Notes: generated by a model not told the origin, from the sequence alone. Positions 9,943 through 19,815 are shown, counted from the stretch's first letter. The stretch is 64,000 nt of DNA from an uncultured Myxococcales bacterium (GCA_903896545.1 CAITYF010000197.1:11665-75664), one strand, 5' to 3'. Numbers and translations: made by a program.

Positions 9943-10745
9943 ACACCTTCCTTGGCGGTTTCCAGCCCAAATAGCGTGGCGACGCTCGTGTCTTGCCGCG
10001 CCATCGACTTCGTCTTCCGGGCGAAGAACTCGTCCACGGCGACGATGCCACGACTGCGGACGTCCTGCATCGGCCCCTCGGCGATCACTTTGCCGCCGCC
10101 GACCATGATGAGCGAATCCGCGACGGCTTCAATGCTGGCGAGCTCATGCGTCACAATCACCACGGTCATCTTCAAGCGGTCGCGCAACGACAACAATAGC
10201 GCGTCGAGTTCCGCGGACGTCAGCGGGTCGAGACCGGCGGACGGCTCGTCGCAAAACAGCACTTCCGGATCGAGGGCCAACGCCCGGGCAAGACCGGCGC
10301 GTTTCTTCATACCGCCTGACAACTCGGACGGATACAGGTTCTCCGCGTGGCTCAAATCGACCTGCGCGAGCTTCAGGCGCACCAACTCGGCGATCGCGCC
10401 TTCTGGAAGCCGACGGTGTTCCCGCAGGGGCAGCGCGACGTTTTCGCCGACCGTCAGCGAGCCAAACAGCGCGCCATTTTGGAAAAGCACGCCGATTCTC
10501 TGCATCAGGGCGCCGCGCTCCTTCTCGCCCAGCTTGGTCAGTTCCTGTCCCAGCAGCGACACCTGGCCGCCCGCGATGTCCGTCAGTCCGAGAATGCCTT
10601 TGAGCAGCGTCGACTTGCCAGAGCCGCTGCCACCGAGAATGACGCGGATCTCGCCTTGCCGAACGGTCATATCGACGCCGTCCAGAATCGTCCGCGCGCC
10701 GTAGCGCACGATCATGCCGCGGACTTGGAGGATCACTTCGTTCAT
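9939..10745 (-). CDS. ABC transporter ATP-binding protein (MlaF-like)
   Basis: Walker A GGSGSGKST, ABC signature LSGGMKKR, Walker B LFCDEPSAGLD. Confidence 0.9.
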   Translation of the reverse strand: MNEVILQVRGMIVRYGARTILDGVDMTVRQGEIRVILGGSGSGKSTLLKGILGLTDIAGGQVSLLGQELTKLGEKERGALMQRIGVLFQNGALFGSLTVGENVALPLREHRRLPEGAIAELVRLKLAQVDLSHAENLYPSELSGGMKKRAGLARALALDPEVLFCDEPSAGLDPLTSAELDALLLSLRDRLKMTVVIVTHELASIEAVADSLIMVGGGKVIAEGPMQDVRSRGIVAVDEFFARKTKSMARQDTSVATLFGLETAKEGV

Positions 10746-11923
10746 CCCATGACCACGTAGAAAATGATGCTGAAGATGCTATCGGCGACGATGATGAAGA
10801 AGATCGCGCTGACGACGGACGCCGTGGTGGCCTTGCCGACTTCTTGCGCGCCGCCGCGGACGCCCATGCCGTGGTAGAGGCCGATGAGCGCGATGCCCCA
10901 GGCGAAGACGACGGACTTGAAGAGGCCGGTGACGAGGTCCTTGGTGACGAGCGCGTCGATCGTCTTTTGCAAGTAAGGCTTGGGCGCGATATCGAGGTAG
11001 ACCATGCCGACGATCCAGCCGCCGAGGATACCGAGCAAGTCCGCGAGCATCGTGAGCAGAGGGACCATCGTGACCATCGCGAGGACTTTGGGAACGGCGA
11101 CGAAATCGACAAACGGGATACCCATGACCTGCATGGCGTCGATTTCTTCGCCGACCTTCATGGTGGCGACTTCGGACGTTATCGACGAGCCAGAGCGACC
11201 TGCAACAAGGATGGCTGTGATGAGGGGGCCCATTTCACGGACCATCGAGATCGCGGTAAGTGACGCAACGTAGATGGCCGCGCCAAACTGGCGGAGTTGG
11301 TAGGCCGATTGAAAGGCCAACGTGAGACCGATGAGGAATGTGATGAGGCCGACGATGCCGAACGCCTGCGAGCCCATGAGGCTGGCTTCGCGAAAATAGG
11401 CCGACCAGCGCATGCGGCCGGGTGTGAAGAAGGACTGGATGCCGCCGATTGTGGTGTCGGCGGCGAGGACGATGAAGTCGCCGAGCGCGTGGATCGCGGA
11501 CCAGATCGTGTCGCCGAAGGATTCAAAGAAGCTGGGAAGAGCAACGGGCGGCGGCAGGTCGACCGTGACGCGGAATTCCTGAAGCCATTGGAGGACGCCG
11601 GGCTGGACTCCTTGGAGTTCGGTCGAGAAGCCGCGGGTCTTGCCCGTGCGCCAGAGGTCGACGAGCGTTGCAGTGCCGGCGCTGTCGATCGCGGTGAGGG
11701 CGGTCAAATCGAGGAGCAGCTTGCCGTCCTTGACGGGCAGACGCTTGCGGACCTGCGTGGCAAACGGGCCCGCGCCTTTGGCATCCAGAACGCCGGCAAG
11801 CACAAGCGCACGGGCGCGCGCGGTTGAATGCGGCGCCTCGGTCACGGTCAATGTCGCGTGCGGGTCGCGGGACGTCTGAACCTCCGTGCGGAGATGCCCG
11901 CCCCACAGGATAGGCGGAAGCAC
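10742..11923 (-). CDS. MlaE-like ABC permease with an N-terminal STAS (anti-sigma-antagonist-like) domain
   Basis: The N-terminal ~100 aa (LLLDLTALTAIDSAGTATLVDLWR) is STAS-like. The C-terminal part is a polytopic MlaE-type permease (IFFIIVADSIFSIIFYVVMG tail). The exact start codon is uncertain. Confidence 0.7.
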   Translation of the reverse strand: MLPPILWGGHLRTEVQTSRDPHATLTVTEAPHSTARARALVLAGVLDAKGAGPFATQVRKRLPVKDGKLLLDLTALTAIDSAGTATLVDLWRTGKTRGFSTELQGVQPGVLQWLQEFRVTVDLPPPVALPSFFESFGDTIWSAIHALGDFIVLAADTTIGGIQSFFTPGRMRWSAYFREASLMGSQAFGIVGLITFLIGLTLAFQSAYQLRQFGAAIYVASLTAISMVREMGPLITAILVAGRSGSSITSEVATMKVGEEIDAMQVMGIPFVDFVAVPKVLAMVTMVPLLTMLADLLGILGGWIVGMVYLDIAPKPYLQKTIDALVTKDLVTGLFKSVVFAWGIALIGLYHGMGVRGGAQEVGKATTASVVSAIFFIIVADSIFSIIFYVVMG

Positions 11924-11948
11924 GGGGATGACAAGAAGCTGCGCGCGG

Positions 11949-12515
11949 CTAAGGCTTCGCGCCGCCCGCGATCCAGTCGTGGACCGCTGTGAGTTGCTCG
12001 GCGGTCAGCGGGACAGCTGGCATCATCTCGAATTTGGCTGGCATGCGGTTGCCAGAACAGGGTGTGTCGGATGTGAGCTTGATCCACAGGTAGCTCTCGT
12101 CGGGCTTGCCGGGGACGACGAGCGTGCCGCCGCAGTACTCGGTGGAGGGCTTGCCGACCAGCGTCTTGAACGAGACGTCGCTGGTGAGCGGCAACGCGGC
12201 GTAGCCTGGGAGGCCAAGCGCTGTGACGGAATGGCAGTTGGTGCAGCGCGCATCAAAGACGGTCTGAACCGCAGCGAAAGGGGCCGCGGCAGACGTGTCC
12301 GCCGGAACCATGTCAGCGACGGCGGCGTCGGTCGTTGCGTCAGTGGAAAACACATCCACGGTGCCGGTGTCGGCGGGCGTGTCTGCCGAGGTAGCGTCCG
12401 TTGCGGCGGAATCATCGGTGGCGTCCCCGGTTCCGTCGCTTCCGGACGATGGTGTGCCACAGGAGAGCATCCCGAAGGTGAGAAGAGCAGTAAGCCACAC
12501 GCGGGTTGGTGTCAT
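11949..12515 (-). CDS. Lipoprotein with a single c-type heme-binding motif (CTNCHS) and an acidic low-complexity N-terminal region
   Basis: Lipobox MLSCGT, a D/T/A-rich linker, then FAAVQTVFDARCTNCHS (CxxCH). Confidence 0.55.
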   Translation of the reverse strand: MTPTRVWLTALLTFGMLSCGTPSSGSDGTGDATDDSAATDATSADTPADTGTVDVFSTDATTDAAVADMVPADTSAAAPFAAVQTVFDARCTNCHSVTALGLPGYAALPLTSDVSFKTLVGKPSTEYCGGTLVVPGKPDESYLWIKLTSDTPCSGNRMPAKFEMMPAVPLTAEQLTAVHDWIAGGAKP

Positions 12516-12572
12516 GTTGACCTCGGTTGGTGCACATCGCGGGGTTCATCGTGCGGGGCACGCAGCGGTCCG

Positions 12573-13022
12573 TCAAGGAGCCCAGCGACCGAGGACGACT
12601 CGCCTGCGTCCGGTGATGTTCAGGTCGATCTCTGTGACGGCGAATCCCGCATCGCGGGCGATGTCACCGACGTGCCGGAGCCAAGGCTTGTACGGCATCG
12701 AGTTGTCGCTGCAGCACGGAATGACGGCGAACGGCAGGCGGTGGCGCGCGGCGTAGTCGATGATGATGCGAGTGGCGCCGTCGGGGTGAAGGCCGACGAT
12801 GAGGTCCGTGGCGCAAGGTTCGTCGAGTGTGAGCAGGCGCTCGGCGAAGGGCACCGGCAAGTGTTTGGCGCGAGCGTCAAACGTAAGCACGGTTCGCCCA
12901 CGGGCGGTAAGCGCAGCGTTGAGTTTGCCCATTCCGCCCGCGATGTCCCAGACGCATGCGGCGGTGGGGAATTCGCGAACGAGGAGGTCGGCGAAGCGGT
13001 CGAAGCGTTGGAGGTCGCCCAT
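12573..13022 (-). CDS. Small SAM-dependent methyltransferase-like protein (hypothetical)
   Basis: 149 aa. VWDIAGGMGKLNAAL followed by TFDAR resembles methyltransferase motifs I and II. Confidence 0.4.
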   Translation of the reverse strand: MGDLQRFDRFADLLVREFPTAACVWDIAGGMGKLNAALTARGRTVLTFDARAKHLPVPFAERLLTLDEPCATDLIVGLHPDGATRIIIDYAARHRLPFAVIPCCSDNSMPYKPWLRHVGDIARDAGFAVTEIDLNITGRRRVVLGRWAP

Positions 13023-13090
13023 GTTGCGTCCGGGCGCGTGAATGCGCGGGGGCGAGTTTGCATGGATCGGCGGGCGAGGGGAAGGGCGAT

Positions 13091-13109
13091 CAAAGCCTTA
13101 GGCATTGTC
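13091..13109. repeat. REP-like ~20-bp palindromic motif copy (CAAAGCCTTAGGCATTGTC)
   Basis: Same GCCTNAGGC-centred motif as at 13907-13929, 19931-19952, 22121-22139 and 25891-25910. Confidence 0.5.
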
Positions 13110-13243
13110 TACCGTCTGATTTTATGCGGTTTTGTGGTGCAAGTGCTCAGGATCTTCCGCCGCGCGGTCTCCATTCCCGCGGCAAAAGGCTTCAACCCAC
13201 GAATACCTCCTTAGGGCGCCACTTGTCCGCCCCCGGAGCTACC

Positions 13244-14311
13244 ATGACCGCAATTCGGCATTTCGACCCCGACCTACTTCACGAGGTTTCGCAGCGCGTC
13301 ATCGGTGGCGCGTTCTGTCTTGACCCGAACAACCTCGCACTTCGCGAGGCGTTTCTTGGCGCCCTGACGAAGTCGCTCCATCGATATGGCGTTCAGGTCC
13401 TCGCATTCCACTTCATGAGTAATCATTATCACGCGTTGTACAAGATTCCGTCCGCCGAAAAATTCTCCCGGTTTCTGGCGCATTTTCATTCTGGCCTTAC
13501 GGCGGCCTACCACCGAATCTGTCGGACTGATGGGAAGCTTTGGGGATATGCGAAATGGAATCCGGTCGCGAATGACGAAGCGTCGGTGTGTTTACGCCTG
13601 AAGTACATCATGGGGCAGGCTGTGGCAGCGGGGATTGTTGACCACCCAGCGCAATTTCCGGGCGCGTCGTCGGTCGATGCCATGCTTGGACTGTCCGCCT
13701 CGGTCGGTCGGGTATTCGATGCGACGCGCAAGTGTCGCGACAGGCGGAAGAAAAATGGTGCCGCGCCCGATTCGGAGTACGAGTCGGAGCATCTGCTCGT
13801 CGTGACGCCTCCCGACGCGTGGAGGCAGTGCAGTGTCGCCGAACGACTTCACCGGTATTGGAAGTTAGCCGACGAGGTGGCGCGAACGCCCTTGCATGGC
13901 GTGTGGAAAAGCCAAAGGCTTTGTCAACGCAATGAAAATACTAATGTACCTGTCCGCTCGCCTCTCGCCAAACGCGCCGTGCGAATGCGCCCGACATCCG
14001 ACGGCTCGCCCTTCCGCGCCGGTCCGGTAAAGCCAAAGCTCTTGGACATTCGACCGACTCGGCGCCCACGCGCGCCGCTCCTTCTCGCAGCGGACCGGGC
14101 AGTTGTTGCAGCGTACGCGCGCCGCTACGCCGATTTGGTTGTCGCCTACCGCGTCGCGAAGCGCGCTTGGCTCGCCCCGCCGCGGCCTGGCGGGCGTCCC
14201 CTCCTCCCGACGGCGCGTCCGTTACCCCTGCACACACTTGCCGGGACGCTCTCGTGCTCCCGTTCGGCGACAGTCTGCCGTCGGCGTGCAAGTCCGAACC
14301 ACTCGCAATGA
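13244..14311 (+). CDS. HUH / Y1 transposase-like protein (IS200-like / REP-associated tyrosine transposase family); the C-terminal third is of doubtful reality
   Basis: HUH motif VLAFHFMSNHYHALY, and a catalytic-Tyr region GKLWGYAKWNPVANDE resembling the RAYT GxxWQxRFYDH block. No in-frame stop until 14311, but the last ~130 codons are Arg/Pro-rich and include an AT-rich patch, so the true end, or a frameshift, is unresolved. Confidence 0.5.
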   Translation: MTAIRHFDPDLLHEVSQRVIGGAFCLDPNNLALREAFLGALTKSLHRYGVQVLAFHFMSNHYHALYKIPSAEKFSRFLAHFHSGLTAAYHRICRTDGKLWGYAKWNPVANDEASVCLRLKYIMGQAVAAGIVDHPAQFPGASSVDAMLGLSASVGRVFDATRKCRDRRKKNGAAPDSEYESEHLLVVTPPDAWRQCSVAERLHRYWKLADEVARTPLHGVWKSQRLCQRNENTNVPVRSPLAKRAVRMRPTSDGSPFRAGPVKPKLLDIRPTRRPRAPLLLAADRAVVAAYARRYADLVVAYRVAKRAWLAPPRPGGRPLLPTARPLPLHTLAGTLSCSRSATVCRRRASPNHSQ

Positions 14312-14417
14312 GAGGAAATTTTGCCGTTCTCGTAGACAACACAACCAGCGTGTGGCCCAATGCGTCGCGTTCCCCGTCCGGCACTTCCGGTCGCGTTTCT
14401 TCCGCCGCCGGAGCTTT

Positions 14418-15434
14418 ATGCGCTTTGAGAACGTTTCCATCTTGTCGCTCGCGCACGTCGATGCACCCCACCGTGTGACGTCGGCCGAGTTGTGCGAGCA
14501 GCTGTCGCCGGTGATGAACCGCCTCGGCTTGCGCCCAGATCTCCTCGCGGGCGCCAGCGGCATCATCGCCCGGCGCTACTGGGACACCGGGGTGCAGCCG
14601 AGCCAGGCCGCGACGTGGGCCGCTCAGGCCGCCATCGCCCAGGCGGGGATTGACCCTGCGAAGCTGGGCATCCTGATCTCGACCTCGGTGTGTCGCGATT
14701 TTATCGAGCCGTCCGTCGCCTGTCTGGTCCATGGCAATCTGGGGTTGCCGCCCGGTTGCATGAACTTCGACGTCGGCAACGCTTGCCTCGCGTTTCTCAA
14801 CGGTATGCAAATCGTTGCGAACATGATTGAGCGCGGCCAAATTGACTATGGACTGGTCGTTGACGGCGAAAGTGCTAGATTTGTTCAAGAAGCGACGATC
14901 GCGCGGCTCAACCGCCCTGAAACGACCGACGCCGAGTTCCGCGCGCAATTTGCGACGCTGACGCTTGGGTCGGGCGCCGCGGCCATGATTTTGGCGCGTC
15001 GCGACTTGGCCCCTGACGGCCACAAGTTCGTCGGCGCCGTAAGCCTTGCCGCGACCCAGCACAATCAGCTGTGCCGTGGGCAGGTCGACAAGATGGAAAC
15101 CGACGCCAAAACGCTGCTCTTCGCGGGGCTCGAACTTGCAGGGCGCGCCTGGGAATTGGCAAAGACAGAACTGGGCTGGGATGCCAAGATGATAGACGAG
15201 TTTGTCTTGCATCAGGTCAGCGGTACACACACCGCGTCGCTGACGCAGGCGCTGGGCCTGCCGATGGCGAAGGTCTTGGCGATCTACCCGGAATTCGGCA
15301 ACATCGGGCCGGCGGCGACGCCGATCGTGCTTTCAAAGGCGGTGGAGGCGGGCCGGGTGCGCAAGGGTTCACGCGTCGCGATGCTGGGTATCGGCAGCGG
15401 CCTCAACTGCAGCATGGCTGAGGTCGTGTGGTAG
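14418..15434 (+). CDS. oleA: OleA, FabH-like thiolase catalysing head-to-head Claisen condensation of acyl-CoAs (olefin biosynthesis)
   Basis: 338 aa. NVSILSLAHVDAPHRVTS, FDVGNACLAFLNGM and C-terminal GIGSGLNCSMAEVVW match OleA rather than canonical FabH. It is followed directly by oleBCD. Confidence 0.9.
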   Translation: MRFENVSILSLAHVDAPHRVTSAELCEQLSPVMNRLGLRPDLLAGASGIIARRYWDTGVQPSQAATWAAQAAIAQAGIDPAKLGILISTSVCRDFIEPSVACLVHGNLGLPPGCMNFDVGNACLAFLNGMQIVANMIERGQIDYGLVVDGESARFVQEATIARLNRPETTDAEFRAQFATLTLGSGAAAMILARRDLAPDGHKFVGAVSLAATQHNQLCRGQVDKMETDAKTLLFAGLELAGRAWELAKTELGWDAKMIDEFVLHQVSGTHTASLTQALGLPMAKVLAIYPEFGNIGPAATPIVLSKAVEAGRVRKGSRVAMLGIGSGLNCSMAEVVW

Positions 15435-16315
15435 CTTCGTTCGATCAACGTCTCTTCCCGTTTGAACGCAATTACTTCGACCGTGGCGACGGCGTGCGAA
15501 TGCACTACGTCGACGAGGGCCAAGGGCCGCCCGTCGTGTGCGTGCATGGCAACCCGACATGGAGCTTCTACTATCGGAACGTCGTGACTGCGTTGATGGC
15601 TGATCACCGAGTCATCGCGCCTGACCATGTCGGTATGGGGCTCTCCGACAAGCCGGGCGGCGATCGATACGGGTACGCGCTGAAAGATCGGGTCGATGAT
15701 TTTGAAAAGTTCATCAATTTCATGGATCTGACAAAGCCTTTGGCTTTGGTTGTCCACGATTGGGGCGGCATGATCGCCCTCGCCTGGGCCGTCCGTCACC
15801 CCTCCCGCGTTGCCAAACTCGTGATCCTCAACACTGCTGCGTTCCCGCTCCCCGAGGACAAGAAGTTCCCTTGGGCCCTCGCTTTGACGCGCACGCCGGT
15901 CGGTTCGCTTCTGGTTCGTGGCCTCAATGCGTTCTCGTGGACCGCGACCCGCGTTGCCATGACCCACAACGCCATGCCCGCCGAAGTCCGCCGCGCGTAC
16001 ACGGCCCCGTACGATTCCTGGGCCAACCGCATCGCGACCCTCCGTTTCGTGCAGGATATTCCGTTGCGCCTCGGCGCCCCCGGCTTCGATATCATCCAAG
16101 AGACCGCCGCGAATTTGCACAAGCTCGCAGCGGTGCCCATGCTCATCGGCTGGGGTGGTCGCGACTTCGTCTTCGACGATGCGTTCTTGCGGGTTTGGCA
16201 ACGCAATTTCCCCACCGCGGAAGTGCTCTATTTCGCTGACGCAGGGCACTACGTTCTGGAAGACGCCGCGCTGGAGCTCATCCCGCGCATCGCCGCGTTC
16301 ATTCGCAACGACTGA
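15428..16315 (+). CDS. oleB: OleB, alpha/beta-hydrolase (haloalkane-dehalogenase-like) beta-lactone decarboxylase
   Basis: VCVHGNPTWSFYYR, nucleophile elbow HDWGG, C-terminal His. Overlaps the oleA stop. Confidence 0.85.
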   Translation: MVASFDQRLFPFERNYFDRGDGVRMHYVDEGQGPPVVCVHGNPTWSFYYRNVVTALMADHRVIAPDHVGMGLSDKPGGDRYGYALKDRVDDFEKFINFMDLTKPLALVVHDWGGMIALAWAVRHPSRVAKLVILNTAAFPLPEDKKFPWALALTRTPVGSLLVRGLNAFSWTATRVAMTHNAMPAEVRRAYTAPYDSWANRIATLRFVQDIPLRLGAPGFDIIQETAANLHKLAAVPMLIGWGGRDFVFDDAFLRVWQRNFPTAEVLYFADAGHYVLEDAALELIPRIAAFIRND

Positions 16316-16321
16316 GGTCGC

Positions 16322-17968
16322 GTGGCTCCACTGGCCAACATCGCATCGTGTCTGCCCCAGATGGCGCGCGAACGTCCGCAGCAGGCGGCGATCGTGGAGA
16401 CCATCGGTCGCGACGCGGTCGGACGCCGTCAGTTCGCCTCGCTCACGTTCGCAGAACTCGACGCGCGCACCGACCAACTCGCCCGCGGATTCATCGGCAT
16501 CGGGATGCCGTCAGGCGCGCGCATCGTGGTCATGGTCAAGCCGAGCAGGGACTTTTTTGCCGTCATGTTCGCACTCTGGAAGGCGGGGCTCGTGCCGGTC
16601 CTGATCGACCCCGGTCTCGGTCGCCGCCAACTCAAGCACTGTCTGGCAGAAGTCGCCCCGGACGGATTTATTGGCATCTCCGCCGCCCACGCCGCGCGCG
16701 TCGTACTTGGCTGGGGGCGCCCCAGTGTCCGATTTTGCGTGACGCTCGGTCGTCGCTGGTTCTGGGGCGGTGTCACGCTCGACGACGTTCTTGTTCGCGG
16801 CCAAGGCTCGTCGCCCATGCTGGCACCGACGACTGCGACCGATCTCGCCGCGATTCTCTTCACCAGCGGCAGCACTGGTATTGCCAAAGGCGTCGAGTAC
16901 CAACACGGCCATTTCCTCGCGCAGGTCGATCTCATTCGCGACACTTATGGCATCCGTCCCGGCGAGATCGATTTACCCACGTTTCCGCCGTTCGCCCTAT
17001 TCGACGCAGCGCTGGGCATGACAACGATTCTCCCGGTTATGGATTTCACGCGGCCCGCCTCGGTCGATCCGCGGGAACTCGCTGAGCTCATCGCACACTT
17101 TCAAGTCACCAACGTCTTTGGCTCTCCTGCCTTGCTGGCGACCGTCAGCCGCAGCGCGCGCGGAAGTGGTGTGCATTGGTCGTCGGTCAGGCGCGTCATC
17201 AGCGCCGGCGCACCGGCATCGGTGCTGACTCTGGATCGGATGCGCGACTTGCTACCGCCCGAAGCGCAAGTATTCACGCCATACGGCGCGACCGAGTGCA
17301 TGCCGGTCAGCAACATTGGCAGTCAGGAAGTGTTGGCGGATACACAGGAAGCCACAGCACGCGGCGCGGGCGTTTGTGTCGGTCACGTCGTCGCCCCCAA
17401 CGACGTTCGGATCATCGCAATCACAGACAAGGCGATCGCGACGTGGTCAGAAGTGCTGCAAGTGTCGGTTGGTGAAATTGGCGAGATTTGCGTTCTGGGG
17501 CCGACGACGACGCGGGCGTATTTCGGTCGGCCAGAAGCGACAGCGCTGGCGAAAATCCGCGACGGCGAGCAGTTGTGGCATCGCATGGGAGACGTCGGCT
17601 ACTTCGACGCGCAAGGGCGTCTGTGGTACTGCGGGCGCAAGGCACACCGCGTGCAGCTGGCCGAGCGGGTGCTTCACACTGCGCCAGTTGAGGAAACGCT
17701 GAATACCCACCCGGCAGTTCGCCGCACGGCGCTTGTGCCGGTGACGATCGGCGGTTTCACGGAGCCGCTGATCTGCGTTGAAAGGGAGTCCGACGCGACG
17801 ATGCCGGACGCGCAGCTCCTCGGCGAGCTGTCGGCGTTGGCGCAGCAATTCCCCGCGACGCGCGGCATCACTCGGTTTCTGGTTCACCCGAAGTTTCCAG
17901 TGGATATTCGTCACAATGCCAAGATCGGTCGTGAAGTGTTGGCGACTTGGGCGCAGGAGCGCGTGTGA
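16322..17968 (+). CDS. oleC: OleC, AMP-dependent synthetase/ligase family (beta-lactone synthetase)
   Basis: AMP-binding motif FTSGSTGIAKGV, YGATE and the other adenylate-forming enzyme blocks. 548 aa. Confidence 0.85.
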   Translation: MAPLANIASCLPQMARERPQQAAIVETIGRDAVGRRQFASLTFAELDARTDQLARGFIGIGMPSGARIVVMVKPSRDFFAVMFALWKAGLVPVLIDPGLGRRQLKHCLAEVAPDGFIGISAAHAARVVLGWGRPSVRFCVTLGRRWFWGGVTLDDVLVRGQGSSPMLAPTTATDLAAILFTSGSTGIAKGVEYQHGHFLAQVDLIRDTYGIRPGEIDLPTFPPFALFDAALGMTTILPVMDFTRPASVDPRELAELIAHFQVTNVFGSPALLATVSRSARGSGVHWSSVRRVISAGAPASVLTLDRMRDLLPPEAQVFTPYGATECMPVSNIGSQEVLADTQEATARGAGVCVGHVVAPNDVRIIAITDKAIATWSEVLQVSVGEIGEICVLGPTTTRAYFGRPEATALAKIRDGEQLWHRMGDVGYFDAQGRLWYCGRKAHRVQLAERVLHTAPVEETLNTHPAVRRTALVPVTIGGFTEPLICVERESDATMPDAQLLGELSALAQQFPATRGITRFLVHPKFPVDIRHNAKIGREVLATWAQERV

Positions 17969-18945
17969 TTGTCGTGACCGGCGGCGGTGGTTTCTTGGGT
18001 GGCGCGGTTGTGCGCCAACTTGTCGAACGTGGCGATCGCGTGCGCAGCGTTCAACGCAGCGACGCGCCGGCGTTGCGCGCGTTGGGCGTTGAGGTCGTGC
18101 GCGCGGACTTGAGCGACGCGGATGCCTGTCTGGAGGCGCTTCGCGGTGCTGACGCGGTGATTCACGTCGCCGCAAAGGCCGGCGTTTGGGGCACGGAGGC
18201 CTCATTTTACGCGGCCAACGTGCAGGCGACGGACAACGTAGTCGCCGCGTGTCGCGCGCTGGGTGTGCGCAAGTTGGTCTACACTTCGACGCCTTCGGTC
18301 GTCCACACAGGCGGCGATGTCAATGGTGTGGACGAGTCCATGCCGGTCGCCACGCACTTCTCAGCCGCCTACCCGCGTACCAAAGCGATGGCTGAATCCC
18401 ACGTGCTCGCAGCGAACGACGCGCGACTGGCCACCGTCGCGCTGCGTCCGCACCTCATTTGGGGGCCGGGCGATACCCAGCTAACCGCACGGGTGTGGGC
18501 GCGCGCCCGTGCCGGTCGTTTGCGTCTGGTGGGCGGCGGTACGAAGTGGATCGACACCACCTTCGTGGAGAACGCCGCAGAGGCACACTTGAGCGCTCTC
18601 GACCGTCTCGCGCCCGATGCTGCCTGTGCAGGCAAAGCGTACTTCATCACGCAAGGCGAGCCGGTGCCGCAAAAGGCGTTCATCGACGGCATGCTTGCGG
18701 CCGGTGGCTTGCCACCCTGTGAAAAGTCGATCCCTCCGGCGCTCGCATGGCTCGTGGGGGCGATGCTGGAAGTCCTGTGGACCGTGCTGCGTCGTCAGGA
18801 TGAGCCGTTGATGACGCGCTTCTTGGCGGAACAACTCGCCACGGCGCACTGGTACAACATCGACGCCGCGCGTCGAGACTTGGGCTATGTGCCGCGCATT
18901 ACCGTGGCTGAGGGACTCCGCCGCTTGGCGGCCTCCCGGTCCTGA
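17947..18945 (+). CDS. oleD: OleD, NAD(P)H-dependent reductase of the 3-beta-HSD / extended SDR family
   Basis: VTGGGGFLGGAVVRQL Rossmann motif, YxxxK (YPRTKAMAE). The start overlaps the oleC 3' end. Confidence 0.8.
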   Translation: MGAGARVIVVTGGGGFLGGAVVRQLVERGDRVRSVQRSDAPALRALGVEVVRADLSDADACLEALRGADAVIHVAAKAGVWGTEASFYAANVQATDNVVAACRALGVRKLVYTSTPSVVHTGGDVNGVDESMPVATHFSAAYPRTKAMAESHVLAANDARLATVALRPHLIWGPGDTQLTARVWARARAGRLRLVGGGTKWIDTTFVENAAEAHLSALDRLAPDAACAGKAYFITQGEPVPQKAFIDGMLAAGGLPPCEKSIPPALAWLVGAMLEVLWTVLRRQDEPLMTRFLAEQLATAHWYNIDAARRDLGYVPRITVAEGLRRLAASRS

Positions 18946-18993
18946 CGGTTCGTCGTGCCGTCGCGGACGCAGATTCGGTGTCTGTTATCGCTG

Positions 18994-19815
18994 CTACGGA
19001 TCGACAAACAGGTCGATGATCGGCTCCCGTCCGGGCGTCACGTCGTACGGCGTGAAATCTGTCACCCCTTCGGCGCGAAGTACGTCTTCGTCGATGAAGA
19101 ACTGCCCAGTCGTCTCGCGGGAGTTGCGCGTCAAGATCGCGTACGCAGCGTCAGCCATGATGCTCGGTGTTCGGCCCCACTCGCCCAGCCCGGCGTTCGC
19201 AACCTGCAGCGCCGCCGTCGCAATGAGCGTTCGCGGCCAGAGCGCGTTCACGCCGACGCCGGCTTTTCGAAATTCCTCGGCCATCCCCATCGCCAACATG
19301 CTCATGCTGTACTTGGAAACTGTGTACGCCGGATGCTCGCCAAACCACTTTGGCGCCATGTTCAGCGGCGGCGACAGCACCAGAATGTGTGGATTTGCAG
19401 CACGTTGCAGGTGGGGAAGGCAAGTCTGTGAGCACAAGAACGTCCCGCGAACGTTGATGTCCATCATGAGGTCGTAGCGCTTCATCGGCGTTTCGAGCGT
19501 GCCCGTGATCGCGATCGCGCTGGCGTTGTTGACCAAAATGTCGATGCCGCCAAAGCGCGCGACGGCCGCTTCAACCGCGGACTGCACCGCAGCATCGTCC
19601 CGAATATCGACAAACAGCGGCAACGCGTGGCCGCCGACAGCCTCAATCTCGGCCGCCGCAGTGAAAATGGTGCCCGGCAGGCGCGGGTTGGTTTCTGTCG
19701 TCTTGGCTGCAATGACGATGTTGGCACCGTCGCGCGCGGCGCGCAGCGCGATTTCTTTGCCGATTCCGCGACTTGCGCCGGAGATGAAGAGGGTCTTGCC
19801 CGCCAGATTGCCCAT
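18994..19815 (-). CDS. SDR family oxidoreductase (HSDL2 / citronellol-dehydrogenase-like)
   Basis: TLFISGASRGIGKEIA, NNAS, YTVSKYSMS (YxxxK). Start taken at MGNLAGK. Confidence 0.8.
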   Translation of the reverse strand: MGNLAGKTLFISGASRGIGKEIALRAARDGANIVIAAKTTETNPRLPGTIFTAAAEIEAVGGHALPLFVDIRDDAAVQSAVEAAVARFGGIDILVNNASAIAITGTLETPMKRYDLMMDINVRGTFLCSQTCLPHLQRAANPHILVLSPPLNMAPKWFGEHPAYTVSKYSMSMLAMGMAEEFRKAGVGVNALWPRTLIATAALQVANAGLGEWGRTPSIMADAAYAILTRNSRETTGQFFIDEDVLRAEGVTDFTPYDVTPGREPIIDLFVDP

